From positions 1 through 50,705 of the IMG/VR virus record IMGVR_UViG_3300025769_000013: a DNA stretch of 50,705 bases. One strand, written 5' to 3'. Positions 18,428 to 29,107 of the stretch are shown piece by piece. The notes beneath the pieces were generated by a model. The model did no database searches. It was given only the letters and a program-made list of their open reading frames with translations, and was not told where the DNA came from. Made by a program: the position numbers and the translations under genes. Position 1 is the first letter of the stretch. Each line of letters opens with the position of its first letter. This DNA comes from a virus (taxonomy: Duplodnaviria > Caudoviricetes).

Positions 18428-21189
18428 TGCCAATCCAACTTCCATCAGCTAAACAGGATCCCTGGGTCTTACCAAATAAGATCCAGCGACCTAACAAGAT
18501 ACAGTTTCTCCCGGCGTACACGCCCCGTCCTCAATTCTATGCAATGGACGGCACGAATCATCTCACATCCACTTTTGATCCTTCAACCATCGGGACGGGG
18601 GATATTACGGTGTCCTGTTGGGTACGTATTCCTTCTCAACCTTCAGGCACTGATTACGTATGGATACTCGGTAACGACAATCTCGATGACTCGTTAGCTT
18701 TACGCATTCGATCATCTAAGCTTGAGGCGTTCGGTAGAGTAGGGACGACAGGAGAGGTAGAGGTTGCGGCTGCGAATCCGATGTTAAATGACTTTTGGCA
18801 TCATGTGGTAGTGACCAGGACAGGTACGACTATTGAGCTTTTTGTAAACGGCACTAGCAATAACTCAGCTACCAATGCGGAAGCTGCTGCTGATCTTAGC
18901 GATGGCGAAACTTGGTTTGGGTATCATGCAGGTGTAGCGAATTTCACAGGCGACATTGCCAACATTGAGATCCGCTCAGGCATTGCTACCGACTCCGAGA
19001 TTTACAATAATTTCCGCAGTAACACAGCTTACACTACTGGCACTGCACAAACGGTAGAGATTACCAATAATGGAGCAACGGCTTCCAATAGCCCTATTCC
19101 GTTAGCGTGGGGGAATCAGCATAGTTTTTATTTCGATGGAGCAAACGACGATATTGATCTAGGTTCTATTTCCTCCCTTAACTCAGCTTCTCAGTTTTCC
19201 ATAAGTATGTGGTTCAGGGGGAGTGAAGATAACTCTATTGGTAATATGTTTGGTGCATGGGGAGCTATCGCCAATAATAACATTGGTTTATCCCCAAACT
19301 ATGACCTGGATATTTTTTACTTTGTTGTTCGGTCTGGTTCTGCTGCTGCTTCACTTCAGGTTAATAGCATGTCCACCTATGCTCCGGCGGATGAGTGGAA
19401 TCATGTCCTTGCCGTTTTTGATAACGGAGATCGCTATGTTTATATTAATGGGGTTCTACGTGCAAGCGACACAGGGGTAGCTCCAGCAACCACCTCGGCT
19501 TCTTGTGGTGATAATGTTTCCATCGGGCAACGTGAAAACGCTTATTACGAAGGCTTTATTGATGAGTTTCGTTATTATGCCGATACTGCATTAGATGCTG
19601 ACGATGCGACTACACTATATAATGCAGACACCCCAATAGACTCTACTCTATCTCCATCTTACTACCTCCACGAAGGTTCAGGTGCTGACTGGTCGGGTAA
19701 TAATGTCTTAGCTACTCTCCAGTCTGGTGCAGTTCCTTCCAGTGATGTTCCTGTACTTACAATTCCTGATTGGGTAAGCGAACACAGTTTAGACCTTAAT
19801 GGATCTTCACAGTATGGCGTTGCCGATGACCATGATGACTTAACATTCAACACAGGAGGCACAGATGATGCCTTTAGTGGAGGTTGTTGGGTCAAAATGG
19901 ACGATGCGACGAACTTCGTCATTTTTGATAAGACAGTTGAGTACACATTTTATGTAGACAGTTCTGACAAGCTTGCACTCGTACTAGCAACTGACGCTTC
20001 TAATTATCTTTACACACGCACGACATCAACAGTCACTTCTCACGAAGGCTCATGGGTGTATCTTTCCTTCGCTTATGATGGCTCCGAGACGCATGGCGGA
20101 ATTACTTTGTATGTAAATGGAGTCTCACAATCGACGGAAGATCAAGGCTCAGGCACGTACACGGGCATGACCAATACATCAGCTACGTTGAGACTAGGTT
20201 ATGACGGCACAAACTACGCAGATGGTCACGCGTCTAACGTATCAATTTGGACTGCGGAAGTCGATGCGGATGCTATGACAAAGCTTGCAATTGAACCAAT
20301 TGATATAATGTCGGCGGATGGCGACTATGACTACCAGGGCAATGTTGAAGCGTTCTTGCCGCTTGAAACAGGGTTCGGGCCATTCGTGATTGACTACTCT
20401 GGTAATGGTCATCACGCAACTGCCCCTAGTGGTGCATTACCTACTTGGACAACGGATATACCTCCTGATACACGTTCCATTGATCTTGATGGTGTTGATG
20501 ATATTGTTGTCGTTTCCGATAATGATGTTTTCTCCTTTGGTGATGGCGTAAGTGATTCTGCGTTCTCGGTTGTTATTATCTGTAAGATGGATGATGATGA
20601 TCGTTTTCGAGCTATAAATAAATCTGGAGCGTCTAATCGAGAGTGGGCGATAGGTACTAATTCATCGGGTCAACCATACTTTCAGTTATGGTCAGGTGGG
20701 GGTAGTACGGTACAGTTAAATGTTACACATAATGGCGGAGGGTTTTCATCAGACCAAGGCTTATGGGTTATGTATGCTGGGACTTATGACGGGAGTGGTA
20801 ATGTTTCAGGTCTTTATATGTATCGTAATGGTGTTGATGTTTCTGACACTCGTCTCAGCATAGGAGGTAGTTACGTTGCTATGTCTAATACCGCTCAAGA
20901 CGTGCAAATTGGAAAAGGTTACGGGAATATAGTCGGGCATGGAAAGATATTCACTGCTGGTATTTGGAATAATGTACTAACAGCCGCCGAGCTTGTTGAA
21001 CTATGGAACGGCGGTAATCCTATTCGCTTTAACGAGGACTCTGGTAACTACACATCTTCCTCTGACCTTATTGAAGAATGGCCTATGAACGAAGGTGGCG
21101 GTAATACTGCGGCAGGTGTAAACGGTTACGATGCAACCTTAACTCCGACTGGTGAACCTCTTTGGACATTGGATGTCCCTAACGCATAA
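18427..21189 (+). CDS. multi-LamG/concanavalin-A-like fibre or adhesin
   Basis: Four repeats of T/FS..CW...WHHVV/WNHV..T/YD....LYVNG....IG. Confidence 0.85.
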   Translation: MPIQLPSAKQDPWVLPNKIQRPNKIQFLPAYTPRPQFYAMDGTNHLTSTFDPSTIGTGDITVSCWVRIPSQPSGTDYVWILGNDNLDDSLALRIRSSKLEAFGRVGTTGEVEVAAANPMLNDFWHHVVVTRTGTTIELFVNGTSNNSATNAEAAADLSDGETWFGYHAGVANFTGDIANIEIRSGIATDSEIYNNFRSNTAYTTGTAQTVEITNNGATASNSPIPLAWGNQHSFYFDGANDDIDLGSISSLNSASQFSISMWFRGSEDNSIGNMFGAWGAIANNNIGLSPNYDLDIFYFVVRSGSAAASLQVNSMSTYAPADEWNHVLAVFDNGDRYVYINGVLRASDTGVAPATTSASCGDNVSIGQRENAYYEGFIDEFRYYADTALDADDATTLYNADTPIDSTLSPSYYLHEGSGADWSGNNVLATLQSGAVPSSDVPVLTIPDWVSEHSLDLNGSSQYGVADDHDDLTFNTGGTDDAFSGGCWVKMDDATNFVIFDKTVEYTFYVDSSDKLALVLATDASNYLYTRTTSTVTSHEGSWVYLSFAYDGSETHGGITLYVNGVSQSTEDQGSGTYTGMTNTSATLRLGYDGTNYADGHASNVSIWTAEVDADAMTKLAIEPIDIMSADGDYDYQGNVEAFLPLETGFGPFVIDYSGNGHHATAPSGALPTWTTDIPPDTRSIDLDGVDDIVVVSDNDVFSFGDGVSDSAFSVVIICKMDDDDRFRAINKSGASNREWAIGTNSSGQPYFQLWSGGGSTVQLNVTHNGGGFSSDQGLWVMYAGTYDGSGNVSGLYMYRNGVDVSDTRLSIGGSYVAMSNTAQDVQIGKGYGNIVGHGKIFTAGIWNNVLTAAELVELWNGGNPIRFNEDSGNYTSSSDLIEEWPMNEGGGNTAAGVNGYDATLTPTGEPLWTLDVPNA

Positions 21190-21461
21190 TGGATAACGGA
21201 CGCAAATACACCACCCTTACCCAAGCACAACTCGACGCTATTGATGACGACGAGCTTGCTTCTTTAGTGGGTAATCAGAATCGAGGCAATATTTCTTGGT
21301 TCGGTGACGGCCAAGCCCCTTACGTGGTGAAGTGGGAGGACAGTAAGCCAACATTTCTTTGGGGATCTAAGTCAGGGGAGGATATGTCCCATACCCAGAT
21401 CAAGGCAGCCGCACAAGATCCTGAACATGAACTTTACAGGGAACCGATAGATTTACAGTAA
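21189..21461 (+). CDS. hypothetical protein (possible fibre partner)
   Basis: TAATG coupling; VVKWEDSKPTFL..SHTQI. Confidence 0.7.
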   Translation: MDNGRKYTTLTQAQLDAIDDDELASLVGNQNRGNISWFGDGQAPYVVKWEDSKPTFLWGSKSGEDMSHTQIKAAAQDPEHELYREPIDLQ

Positions 21462-21808
21462 TGGAAGTCGATGCAAATTTAGTGTTCGCAGGAGTTAGTG
21501 CATGTGCCGTTATTGGTGGTGCAGTCATGGCTTATGGCGAATTAAAAACAAAAGTAGTTGGATTGACGCAACGAGCGGATTCATCGCAGAAATCAAGGGA
21601 GAAAATGTTTGAACGAATAGGCGAACTAGAACAAGAAACTGTGTTGCAAAAGAACCAGATTGTAGACTTGCGAGGCAATAGCGATAAACTGTTTCAGTTG
21701 CATGAAAAGCAAGCCGAGATAAGCCAAAGGTTAGCAACCACAATGGAAGCATTATCTACAGACGTTCACTACATTCGTGACTACGTGAAGGCTCAGAGAG
21801 GACAGTGA
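21461..21808 (+). CDS. holin-like membrane protein
   Basis: One N-terminal TM segment plus coiled coil. Confidence 0.5.
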   Translation: MEVDANLVFAGVSACAVIGGAVMAYGELKTKVVGLTQRADSSQKSREKMFERIGELEQETVLQKNQIVDLRGNSDKLFQLHEKQAEISQRLATTMEALSTDVHYIRDYVKAQRGQ

Positions 21809-21835
21809 TTAAGAATCCAATGGAAGGAACAACCG

Positions 21836-22525
21836 ATGGCACAATTTCTTAACGACCCAGCCCGAATTGGCATCCTGAACTCCAAATTCTCGGTCACCAC
21901 CGAGCCTTTATTGTTTCAATATGCAGGGACACCTGTGCCTAAGGAACTGGTCTCTGACTACCTCCAGAAATGGAGTCAACCAGGGGCATATGAAGCCTTC
22001 CGAAACAAACTTCCCGCAGACGTACAGATTTGGTTAGTGCCTCCAGGGAAAATGACCGATGGCCCAAGCATGCCTGGATATGTGGCGTGTGCGGGGATCA
22101 TGGCGATCCTCGCATGGTTGACATCTCTTTTTGGCTATTACGCCCCAGATGCCGCTGGTTTGATCGGTGGATTTCTGGGTGCATTGGTTCGTGCGTACAT
22201 GAAACCAGAGGATTTCTATTTAGCAGGCATGCTTCATGATGATCTCCGAGTTAAATTATCCACAGGAAACGCCACCACTGACGGTTTCCTGCGAGATGCG
22301 GTGACCGCAGAGGCAGCATGGGTGGTCAGATCTTATATCGTCTACCTGGGAGTCCGTGCCGGAACTCTTTTTGGCTACAAAACCAAAGTGAAAGAGGAAC
22401 TCAAAAAAGAGGCACTCAAGAGGTATGCCAGGATTCGAGGAGTAGAAGAGTCAGATCTCTGGTTCGATGATGAACACTCCGAAATTCGCTACACTATAAA
22501 AGATCCAATCCAATCAATATTATGA
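21836..22525 (+). CDS. DUF1353-like protein with hydrophobic insertion
   Basis: VPPGKMTDGPSMP..AGMLHDDL..TDGFLRDA..VYLGVRAG; ~40-aa two-helix hydrophobic insert. Confidence 0.65.
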   Translation: MAQFLNDPARIGILNSKFSVTTEPLLFQYAGTPVPKELVSDYLQKWSQPGAYEAFRNKLPADVQIWLVPPGKMTDGPSMPGYVACAGIMAILAWLTSLFGYYAPDAAGLIGGFLGALVRAYMKPEDFYLAGMLHDDLRVKLSTGNATTDGFLRDAVTAEAAWVVRSYIVYLGVRAGTLFGYKTKVKEELKKEALKRYARIRGVEESDLWFDDEHSEIRYTIKDPIQSIL

Positions 22526-22815
22526 AAAAGCTAATTCTGTTTCCACTATTGTTTCAAGGCTGCGTGATGAATACCATCGACCAGGCAGTTGATTCTATCC
22601 CTAGGCATGAGTTTGGGGAATTTTCCTACAATCGTGCAGGTAATGCCAGTTCTGGTAGTGTGACCGCAAAAGGAGCAAGATTTGAAAATGGGCAACATAT
22701 TATCGATTCCCTTGATGTTCAGCATACTAATCGCTTTCTTGGTAATCTCTCAGTATCTTTCAAAGATCTGAAGCGACCAGCAGGCGTAGGAGCAACCAGT
22801 ACAACCGGGAACTAA
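22522..22815 (+). CDS. lipoprotein
   Basis: MKKLILFPLLFQGC signal with lipobox-like Cys. Confidence 0.7.
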   Translation: MKKLILFPLLFQGCVMNTIDQAVDSIPRHEFGEFSYNRAGNASSGSVTAKGARFENGQHIIDSLDVQHTNRFLGNLSVSFKDLKRPAGVGATSTTGN

Positions 22816-22817
22816 TC

Positions 22818-23714
22818 ATGCTACGCAGATTTGGAGATGTTAAGACCGAACTCGCCAGTGTTGCTGCTGAGACCGGATTCACTGTGGATGATACCCGACT
22901 GAAAAGCCTGGTCGGTCTCGCCCAGGAACGTCTCCTGATGGAAGGCAATTGGCCCCACATTCTGGAGCGACGAATGTCAGTCCAGGTGCATGACGGGATC
23001 CTCGTTCTTCCAGATGAATTTGAAACAATTTACAGTGTCTGTCGATCTGACGTTGGATCTCTGAAGATCACGGACTCCTGGTTCACTCTACTACCTCAGA
23101 ACCAGATTCCAGGTAATTACCCCACTCTTACCTGTGAAGATCGTGGAGAGACGGCGGTGTATCGTCACCCTCAGGGAATGACGATAAAGGCATACTCCGA
23201 AGAGTCCTCCGCGATCACAATTTATGCAGACCACGAATCGGTGAGCATCACGCCGACCTCCCGTGATGCGGAACCGACCCCAACTGCGAAAAAATACTAC
23301 GACATTCAGCGGGTAGAACGTGCTGCAGCAGGAAAGCCATTTGAACTCGTTTATGAGGACGAGGATGGGGTTGAATACTTCGGCGGTAGATTCTCCGGTT
23401 ATTGGCCATCTGCATCACTCAGGGCGTATCAGGTCGGTGCCAGTGACTTTGACGAGGTGGTCAATGTGGTGGCCCGGAGACGGATTATCCCGATCACGGA
23501 TGACACCACTCCGATGATCATTACAAATGTCCCAGCTCTTCGATTGATGCTCATGGCACTCACTAAAGAGAATGCAGGAATGATCGACGAAGCTGATGCT
23601 CTCTTGGCTCGGTCTGTCGCGGCTCTTAAGAGTGAGAACGAGAGATATCATCCACATAACCAACAACCCCGAATTGATATTGTCTCTGGATTTGGAGACA
23701 TTCAGCATTTGTAA
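22818..23714 (+). CDS. head-tail adaptor / tail tubular protein A-like
   Basis: LAQERLL...W..LPDEFE pattern, helical C-terminus, position before nozzle. Confidence 0.6.
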   Translation: MLRRFGDVKTELASVAAETGFTVDDTRLKSLVGLAQERLLMEGNWPHILERRMSVQVHDGILVLPDEFETIYSVCRSDVGSLKITDSWFTLLPQNQIPGNYPTLTCEDRGETAVYRHPQGMTIKAYSEESSAITIYADHESVSITPTSRDAEPTPTAKKYYDIQRVERAAAGKPFELVYEDEDGVEYFGGRFSGYWPSASLRAYQVGASDFDEVVNVVARRRIIPITDDTTPMIITNVPALRLMLMALTKENAGMIDEADALLARSVAALKSENERYHPHNQQPRIDIVSGFGDIQHL

Positions 23715-26164
23715 TGGCGGTAGCACGGAGAGATTGGATTACAGATCGATTCGCACTGGCAGTCGGAGGTCACAATAGTGGCGATGACGCAGAGTTCATC
23801 GACCCGACCCAGTATGCCGATTCCAAGAACATCACAAATCGTGGTGGCCGGGTGCGTAGTCGTCCACGTTGGGTGAAGAAGGCAGACCTTCCTACCGATC
23901 CCGAGAATGAACTCTACTTCCAGGGGATCACCCACTTCAAATCCCAGGACCAAATCATTCTGAGGGCAAATGGTAGACTCTACAGGCTGGACGAGGCAAC
24001 TGGAGCATCCGTGGATCCACCTTGTGTATTTAATGAGGTCTACAAGCCCAATGTGACCGTCTGGGAGGTTCCTACCGCCCAAGTGGATACAATTACGGTA
24101 ACTGGGTCATCGGGATCAATTACAGTCAATATTGTGGCGACTGTAGAAGGTACTGTTATTGATGAGTCAGTGACAGTGGCGTGGAACACTAATTTGGATA
24201 CGACTTGCACTGATATCGAAACTGCGATCAATGGTGCGGTTTCAGGAATTGAAGATATTGCAGATGCTGTGTCTACTGGAGGAGGAACAGGCGAGATTGT
24301 TCTGACATCGGAAGTCGCTGGGCGAGGGTTTATCACGACTGTATCAAACACTCTTACCGCGACAGTAGAGACCACGACTCCGAACTACCATTTCTATCTA
24401 CCAAATGAAGCAATCCCTCAGGGTGACACTGCTGGACGTCCAGGTTCTCCTGTTTCTGCGGTTGCTCAAGTGGATACCATCACCATTTCTGACGGGACTA
24501 ATTCCCCAGGTGTAAACACGATTGATGTCTATATTGATGGAAACCAGATTACAGCAGGTGCCGTGGATTGGGTGACTAGTCATGCAACAACCGCAACAAA
24601 TTTAGCAACCGCAATCAATGGGGATCCAACCCTAAGCGGAATCGTGACTGCAGACGCATCAGCGGGTGATGGCACATTGACCCTCACTGGAGATTTGAAA
24701 GGCGACAAGTTCTCAGCCTACACCATCAATGGTGGAGATGTCGAATCGAGCATCACAACGACCACCGCACGATCTTTTCCCGAAAACTCAATTTACTACG
24801 ACTGGGATATTCCCGGACTCTTCATTTACAATGGAAGTAGTTGGGTAGACTTTACCGAAGCACTCACCATTGACATCCCCTTGGATGCAAATCCATTGAG
24901 GGAGAAAACCTGGTTTGAAGACGTTGCTGGGACACTGGTGATTCAGGATGGCCAGAAGCAACCAATCCAGTATGATGGCAGTACATGGGATAACCTCACC
25001 ACGGTGCCTGTAGGGACCGCTATGCGATTTGCCAATGGTCGCCTTCACCTTGTGTCCTCTGGGCAACGCAAGACCCTCCAGGTCGGGGATATCCTCCAGA
25101 ACGGCGATGCCAGTACCGCATTAAAATTTACCGAAACGGGTTATCTTCTCGGAGGTGGCTCTTTCGCATTCCCTGATGAAGTGACTGCACTGCATGAGAT
25201 TCCGATCATGGATACAGCTTCTGGCCAGGGGTCAATGGTCATTGGTACAAGTCGGAACACATATTCTCTACGCACCGAAATTACAGACCGTGACCTCTGG
25301 TCTACTGTTGACGGTTTCCTGAGACCGATACTCCCAGGGATTGGAGTAGCAGGTCCGGAATCGTTCGCGACAGTCAATAACGACCTCTATTTCCGGTCAA
25401 CCAATGGTCTGCGATCACTGAGAATGGCAGTGGGTGAACAGCAGTCTCCCGGTTACGGTGGGCTCCACCAGGAAATCCCAGAGAGATTCTATGCGTGGGG
25501 ATTACAACATAATTCTTCAGTACATGCTGGAGATCGATTTATTACCTTGGTCAATCCAAGGGTCCAGAATCACCAGTGGTTGTACGAAGGTGCCGTATCC
25601 ATCAACTTTGAATCGATCAACCGACTGGGTCAGAAGTCAGGAATGTCATTTGATGGGTTCTGGGACTTGCCCGATGACCACTATTTTTATCAAATCTTCG
25701 ATGTGGATGGCATTGCTTACTCCGTAGTAAGCACTCCGACTGGAGATGAACTCTGGGAACTCCAGAAAGATGAAGGCACGTTTGATGGAGAGACTGGACT
25801 AGAGCAGATTCTGGTCACTCGTGAAATGAATGCTGGAGATCCTATGGGATTGAAAACTTTGGGGCGTTTGGATGCTTGGCTTTCCCAAATCCAGGAGAAT
25901 CTGTCACTGGTTTTTGAATATCGTCTCGGCGGAGAACAAGATTGGCGGACCTGGCACACCCTTGCAGTCACCTACTCTGGTAACCAGGATTATCTATCCC
26001 GGTACACCCTACCGACACCTCCAGGAGATAAAATTTCCGGCTACAGCTTCCAGTTTCGTGTAACATGGACGGGACGCTGTAAGATCGACTACCTGCAAGC
26101 CTATTTGAAACCACTGGCAGAGAGCGTCTTTGCCGAACAACTCACTCCAATCACTCTACCGTAA
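23714..26164 (+). CDS. tail nozzle / DNA stabilisation protein (beta-propeller) with inserted repeats
   Basis: NITNRGGRVRSRP, IGVAGPESFATVNNDLYFRSTNGLRSL, TREM..GDP..KT motifs of P22 gp10/T7 gp12-like proteins. Confidence 0.7.
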   Translation: MAVARRDWITDRFALAVGGHNSGDDAEFIDPTQYADSKNITNRGGRVRSRPRWVKKADLPTDPENELYFQGITHFKSQDQIILRANGRLYRLDEATGASVDPPCVFNEVYKPNVTVWEVPTAQVDTITVTGSSGSITVNIVATVEGTVIDESVTVAWNTNLDTTCTDIETAINGAVSGIEDIADAVSTGGGTGEIVLTSEVAGRGFITTVSNTLTATVETTTPNYHFYLPNEAIPQGDTAGRPGSPVSAVAQVDTITISDGTNSPGVNTIDVYIDGNQITAGAVDWVTSHATTATNLATAINGDPTLSGIVTADASAGDGTLTLTGDLKGDKFSAYTINGGDVESSITTTTARSFPENSIYYDWDIPGLFIYNGSSWVDFTEALTIDIPLDANPLREKTWFEDVAGTLVIQDGQKQPIQYDGSTWDNLTTVPVGTAMRFANGRLHLVSSGQRKTLQVGDILQNGDASTALKFTETGYLLGGGSFAFPDEVTALHEIPIMDTASGQGSMVIGTSRNTYSLRTEITDRDLWSTVDGFLRPILPGIGVAGPESFATVNNDLYFRSTNGLRSLRMAVGEQQSPGYGGLHQEIPERFYAWGLQHNSSVHAGDRFITLVNPRVQNHQWLYEGAVSINFESINRLGQKSGMSFDGFWDLPDDHYFYQIFDVDGIAYSVVSTPTGDELWELQKDEGTFDGETGLEQILVTREMNAGDPMGLKTLGRLDAWLSQIQENLSLVFEYRLGGEQDWRTWHTLAVTYSGNQDYLSRYTLPTPPGDKISGYSFQFRVTWTGRCKIDYLQAYLKPLAESVFAEQLTPITLP

Positions 26165-26165
26165 A

Positions 26166-26966
26166 ATGCCCAAGTACGCACTCACACAAAAAGGGACACC
26201 ATCCAGCGATCCAGCACCTACTGCATTGGATGCGTTGCTTACTCAGATCCGCACTTACACGGAGATCGATACCAATTCCGATGACCCAGATAGTGATACT
26301 GTAAGAAGTATCCTGGTCCAGCCTACGGCACCGACTGGAGCAAGTGCGAATGACCTCTGGGTGAAGACACACTCTATTTCAGGAAGACCACTGGGCCTTT
26401 ATACTTACACGGGGACGGAATGGAGAATATTTAGTCAAACGGATTCTGGAACGACAAATAATCGACCAAGTGATGCCGTTGCAGGTGAAGTCTACTGGGA
26501 TACAGATATTAACGTCATGCTAGTGTACACAGGATCGGCGTGGGTTACTCAGGATGGATCTCCAGGAGACATGAAGTATGTGTACATCGATTCTGGCACA
26601 TACGCAGGGTTTGCTACAGGTAAAGCTCGTGCGGAGACCCTGAATCCAGGATGGGAGTATGCGACTGATGCAGAGGGGGCGGTACTGGTTGGTACAGTAA
26701 GTGGAGATTCCGATTCTGATTATCTCACTGCTGGTAATACCTTCGGGTCTCGTGACCATACATTAACAGAAGCAGAGATGCCTGCCCACACTCATGATTT
26801 TGCAATTGATGGAAATAATGGATCTGCGGATGGAACTGTCATTAAATCCTCATCTACTACTCTAAATCCTCATACAAAAACAACCGACTCTACCGGAAGC
26901 GGAGATGCTCACGAAAATCGACAACCATCCTACACCGCATTCTTGATGCGAAAGTTGGGATACTAA
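26166..26966 (+). CDS. tail fibre / collar-domain protein
   Basis: QPTAPT..DLW, RP..AVAGEVYWDTD, HTLTEAEMPAHTH...AHENRQP. Confidence 0.75.
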   Translation: MPKYALTQKGTPSSDPAPTALDALLTQIRTYTEIDTNSDDPDSDTVRSILVQPTAPTGASANDLWVKTHSISGRPLGLYTYTGTEWRIFSQTDSGTTNNRPSDAVAGEVYWDTDINVMLVYTGSAWVTQDGSPGDMKYVYIDSGTYAGFATGKARAETLNPGWEYATDAEGAVLVGTVSGDSDSDYLTAGNTFGSRDHTLTEAEMPAHTHDFAIDGNNGSADGTVIKSSSTTLNPHTKTTDSTGSGDAHENRQPSYTAFLMRKLGY

Positions 26967-26980
26967 GGAGAGACTGACCA

Positions 26981-27757
26981 ATGGGATTATTTAGTAAACC
27001 AAAAGTACAATACGCTGGAGAAGTCGATGTAGGCAACAGCATGGGCGAGACCTTCTCGCTCAACAATCGATATTTCCAGGATGCCCAGAACTACACCAGT
27101 CGGGTAAATGAGGCAGCACAACAGCAAGCCATAGATCTACTAGAGCAGGCGATGCCTGGAATCTCGAAAGTCCGTGGCCGATTGATGCAGCAACTCAATG
27201 AGGACCTAAACACAAAAGGTCTGCCAAAGGAGGTGGAAGAAAACCTTGCCCGGAAAGCTGCAGAAATGGGAGTGACCCGTGGTACAGGCAATAGCGACTT
27301 TTCCAAATTCTCCGCTCTTCGTGACCTGGGGATTGAACACACAAAGATGGTCGAGTTCCGTAGACGTATGGCGATGTCCAGCATGCAACAACTCTTCCAG
27401 GCTACACCGAAGATCAACCCAATGTCTCCAGCCTCTATGCTCCTGACCCCAGGGACGACTCTACAGGTCCAAGGCCAAAACCTAGACCGCAGACAAGCCT
27501 TCCTTAACGCAAAGGCTCAAGCTGAAGCCCAACATAAAGCAGGAATCATGAACGCAATTGCAGGTGTGGCTGGATTCGCCCTCGGTGGCCCACTCGGGGG
27601 AATGCTCGGCAAGGGTCTAAAGTCGGGAGTTGGTAAGATATTTGGAGGCGGCGGAGGAACACCATCTGTCTCTCCCTCAGTCGGTCAAGGCACGGTAATG
27701 GCTCCCCCATCAGGCGGATGGAACCAAACTTTAGAGAACACCCTTTACGGACCTTAA
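26981..27757 (+). CDS. DNA ejection/pilot protein
   Basis: AAGGAG RBS; helical Q-rich with Gly-zipper GFALGGPLGGMLG. Confidence 0.6.
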   Translation: MGLFSKPKVQYAGEVDVGNSMGETFSLNNRYFQDAQNYTSRVNEAAQQQAIDLLEQAMPGISKVRGRLMQQLNEDLNTKGLPKEVEENLARKAAEMGVTRGTGNSDFSKFSALRDLGIEHTKMVEFRRRMAMSSMQQLFQATPKINPMSPASMLLTPGTTLQVQGQNLDRRQAFLNAKAQAEAQHKAGIMNAIAGVAGFALGGPLGGMLGKGLKSGVGKIFGGGGGTPSVSPSVGQGTVMAPPSGGWNQTLENTLYGP

Positions 27758-27759
27758 TC

Positions 27760-29103
27760 ATGGCAGTTTACGCACAAGCACCAGACGCACAACCCAACCC
27801 GGTTGGCACATTCATTAATGCCTTCTCGACTGGGCGTAACCTATTCCAGCAGAAGCAACGTCAAGAGATGGAGATGCAACGTCTTCAGAGAGCGGAGGAA
27901 CGTGCAGTTCGACAAGAGGAAAGGCAGGCAAAGCTTTGGAGTATGCAGATGAACTCGAAAGAGTTGGAGGTCGAGGCATTGGGGCGTCAGGCTGAAGATG
28001 ATATCGCTCGGAGAGATCGTGCCAGTGGAGATTTACCAAGGGCTTTGCAGCAGTTTGAATTGATTGGATCACAGATAGATGCAATGGAGGCGGCGAATGA
28101 AGAGGATGTCCCTGGATATCGGAGTAAGATTGCGACCATGTATGCAAAGCTTGAAGCAATCAAAGGTCGATACAGTCATGTCCAGGGAGATGCTCGGTGG
28201 GCAACTCAATTTGATGATGCCTACTATCAGGTAACCAATAAGCTTTCTCAGAAAGCAGCACCGTTGGAGGCAGTTCTTCCTGGTGCATTCAATAAGTTCC
28301 GAGAAGAGTTTGCATCACTAAAGGGAATTACTGACCTGAATGAGTATGCAGCAAGAGCAGGTGATATTGAAAAACGGTACGCTTACTTTGCTTCAGATCC
28401 CGTCCGTGGCCAGATGTTTGAGTCGATGGTGGATAAAATGGATGAGAATATCAAATCCATGAGAGAGAACCAATTCAAAGCACAGAAAGAGCAGCAAGAG
28501 CTCGAAGGGCTCAAACACTCAAATCAAAAAAAGGAGTTAGAAGTTGAATCTGCGAAGAAGCAGAAGGTTACTGATAAGAACAATGCAGTTAAAAACCAAC
28601 AGAGGTTACTGCAAGAGCGAGATAAGATTAGGCGTTTACGGAATGATATCCAGAATGCTGATTTTGGTGTAGGCGGAACAGGTACTATTATAGAGGCACT
28701 TAAGACAGCTAAAAGGCTCGGCGGAAGAAGTGCTGGTGCATCAATTGCAGACGAAATTGTTTCCGGTGAGTGGTTAAAGAATGTATCTGCTCTAAAGGGT
28801 GCTTTGTCTGATAAAGAAGGTGCAAGACTCGCAATTGCTGGGTTAAAGAGAACTGATGATAAGGCAGTCTGGTTAAGGAAGCTGAATAACCTCATAGCTG
28901 CATTGGATACTGATCGAGCTTTACTAAGTGAACAGGGGATGTGGTATATCGACGAAAAAGGGAAACCTTTTTCATTATCTGAGGGCACTGAGCAGGAAGA
29001 GATCGGCGATAGTGATGTCAATGATCTGCTCGGAGGTGGAGAATATACACCGCCAGAGGAAGAGCCTGATTTCAGTATTTTTGAAGACCCAGAGGGAAAT
29101 TAA
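27760..29103 (+). CDS. internal virion/ejection protein
   Basis: Coiled-coil; LKGALSDKEGARL motif seen in ejection proteins. Confidence 0.6.
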   Translation: MAVYAQAPDAQPNPVGTFINAFSTGRNLFQQKQRQEMEMQRLQRAEERAVRQEERQAKLWSMQMNSKELEVEALGRQAEDDIARRDRASGDLPRALQQFELIGSQIDAMEAANEEDVPGYRSKIATMYAKLEAIKGRYSHVQGDARWATQFDDAYYQVTNKLSQKAAPLEAVLPGAFNKFREEFASLKGITDLNEYAARAGDIEKRYAYFASDPVRGQMFESMVDKMDENIKSMRENQFKAQKEQQELEGLKHSNQKKELEVESAKKQKVTDKNNAVKNQQRLLQERDKIRRLRNDIQNADFGVGGTGTIIEALKTAKRLGGRSAGASIADEIVSGEWLKNVSALKGALSDKEGARLAIAGLKRTDDKAVWLRKLNNLIAALDTDRALLSEQGMWYIDEKGKPFSLSEGTEQEEIGDSDVNDLLGGGEYTPPEEEPDFSIFEDPEGN

Positions 29104-29107
29104 AGCA

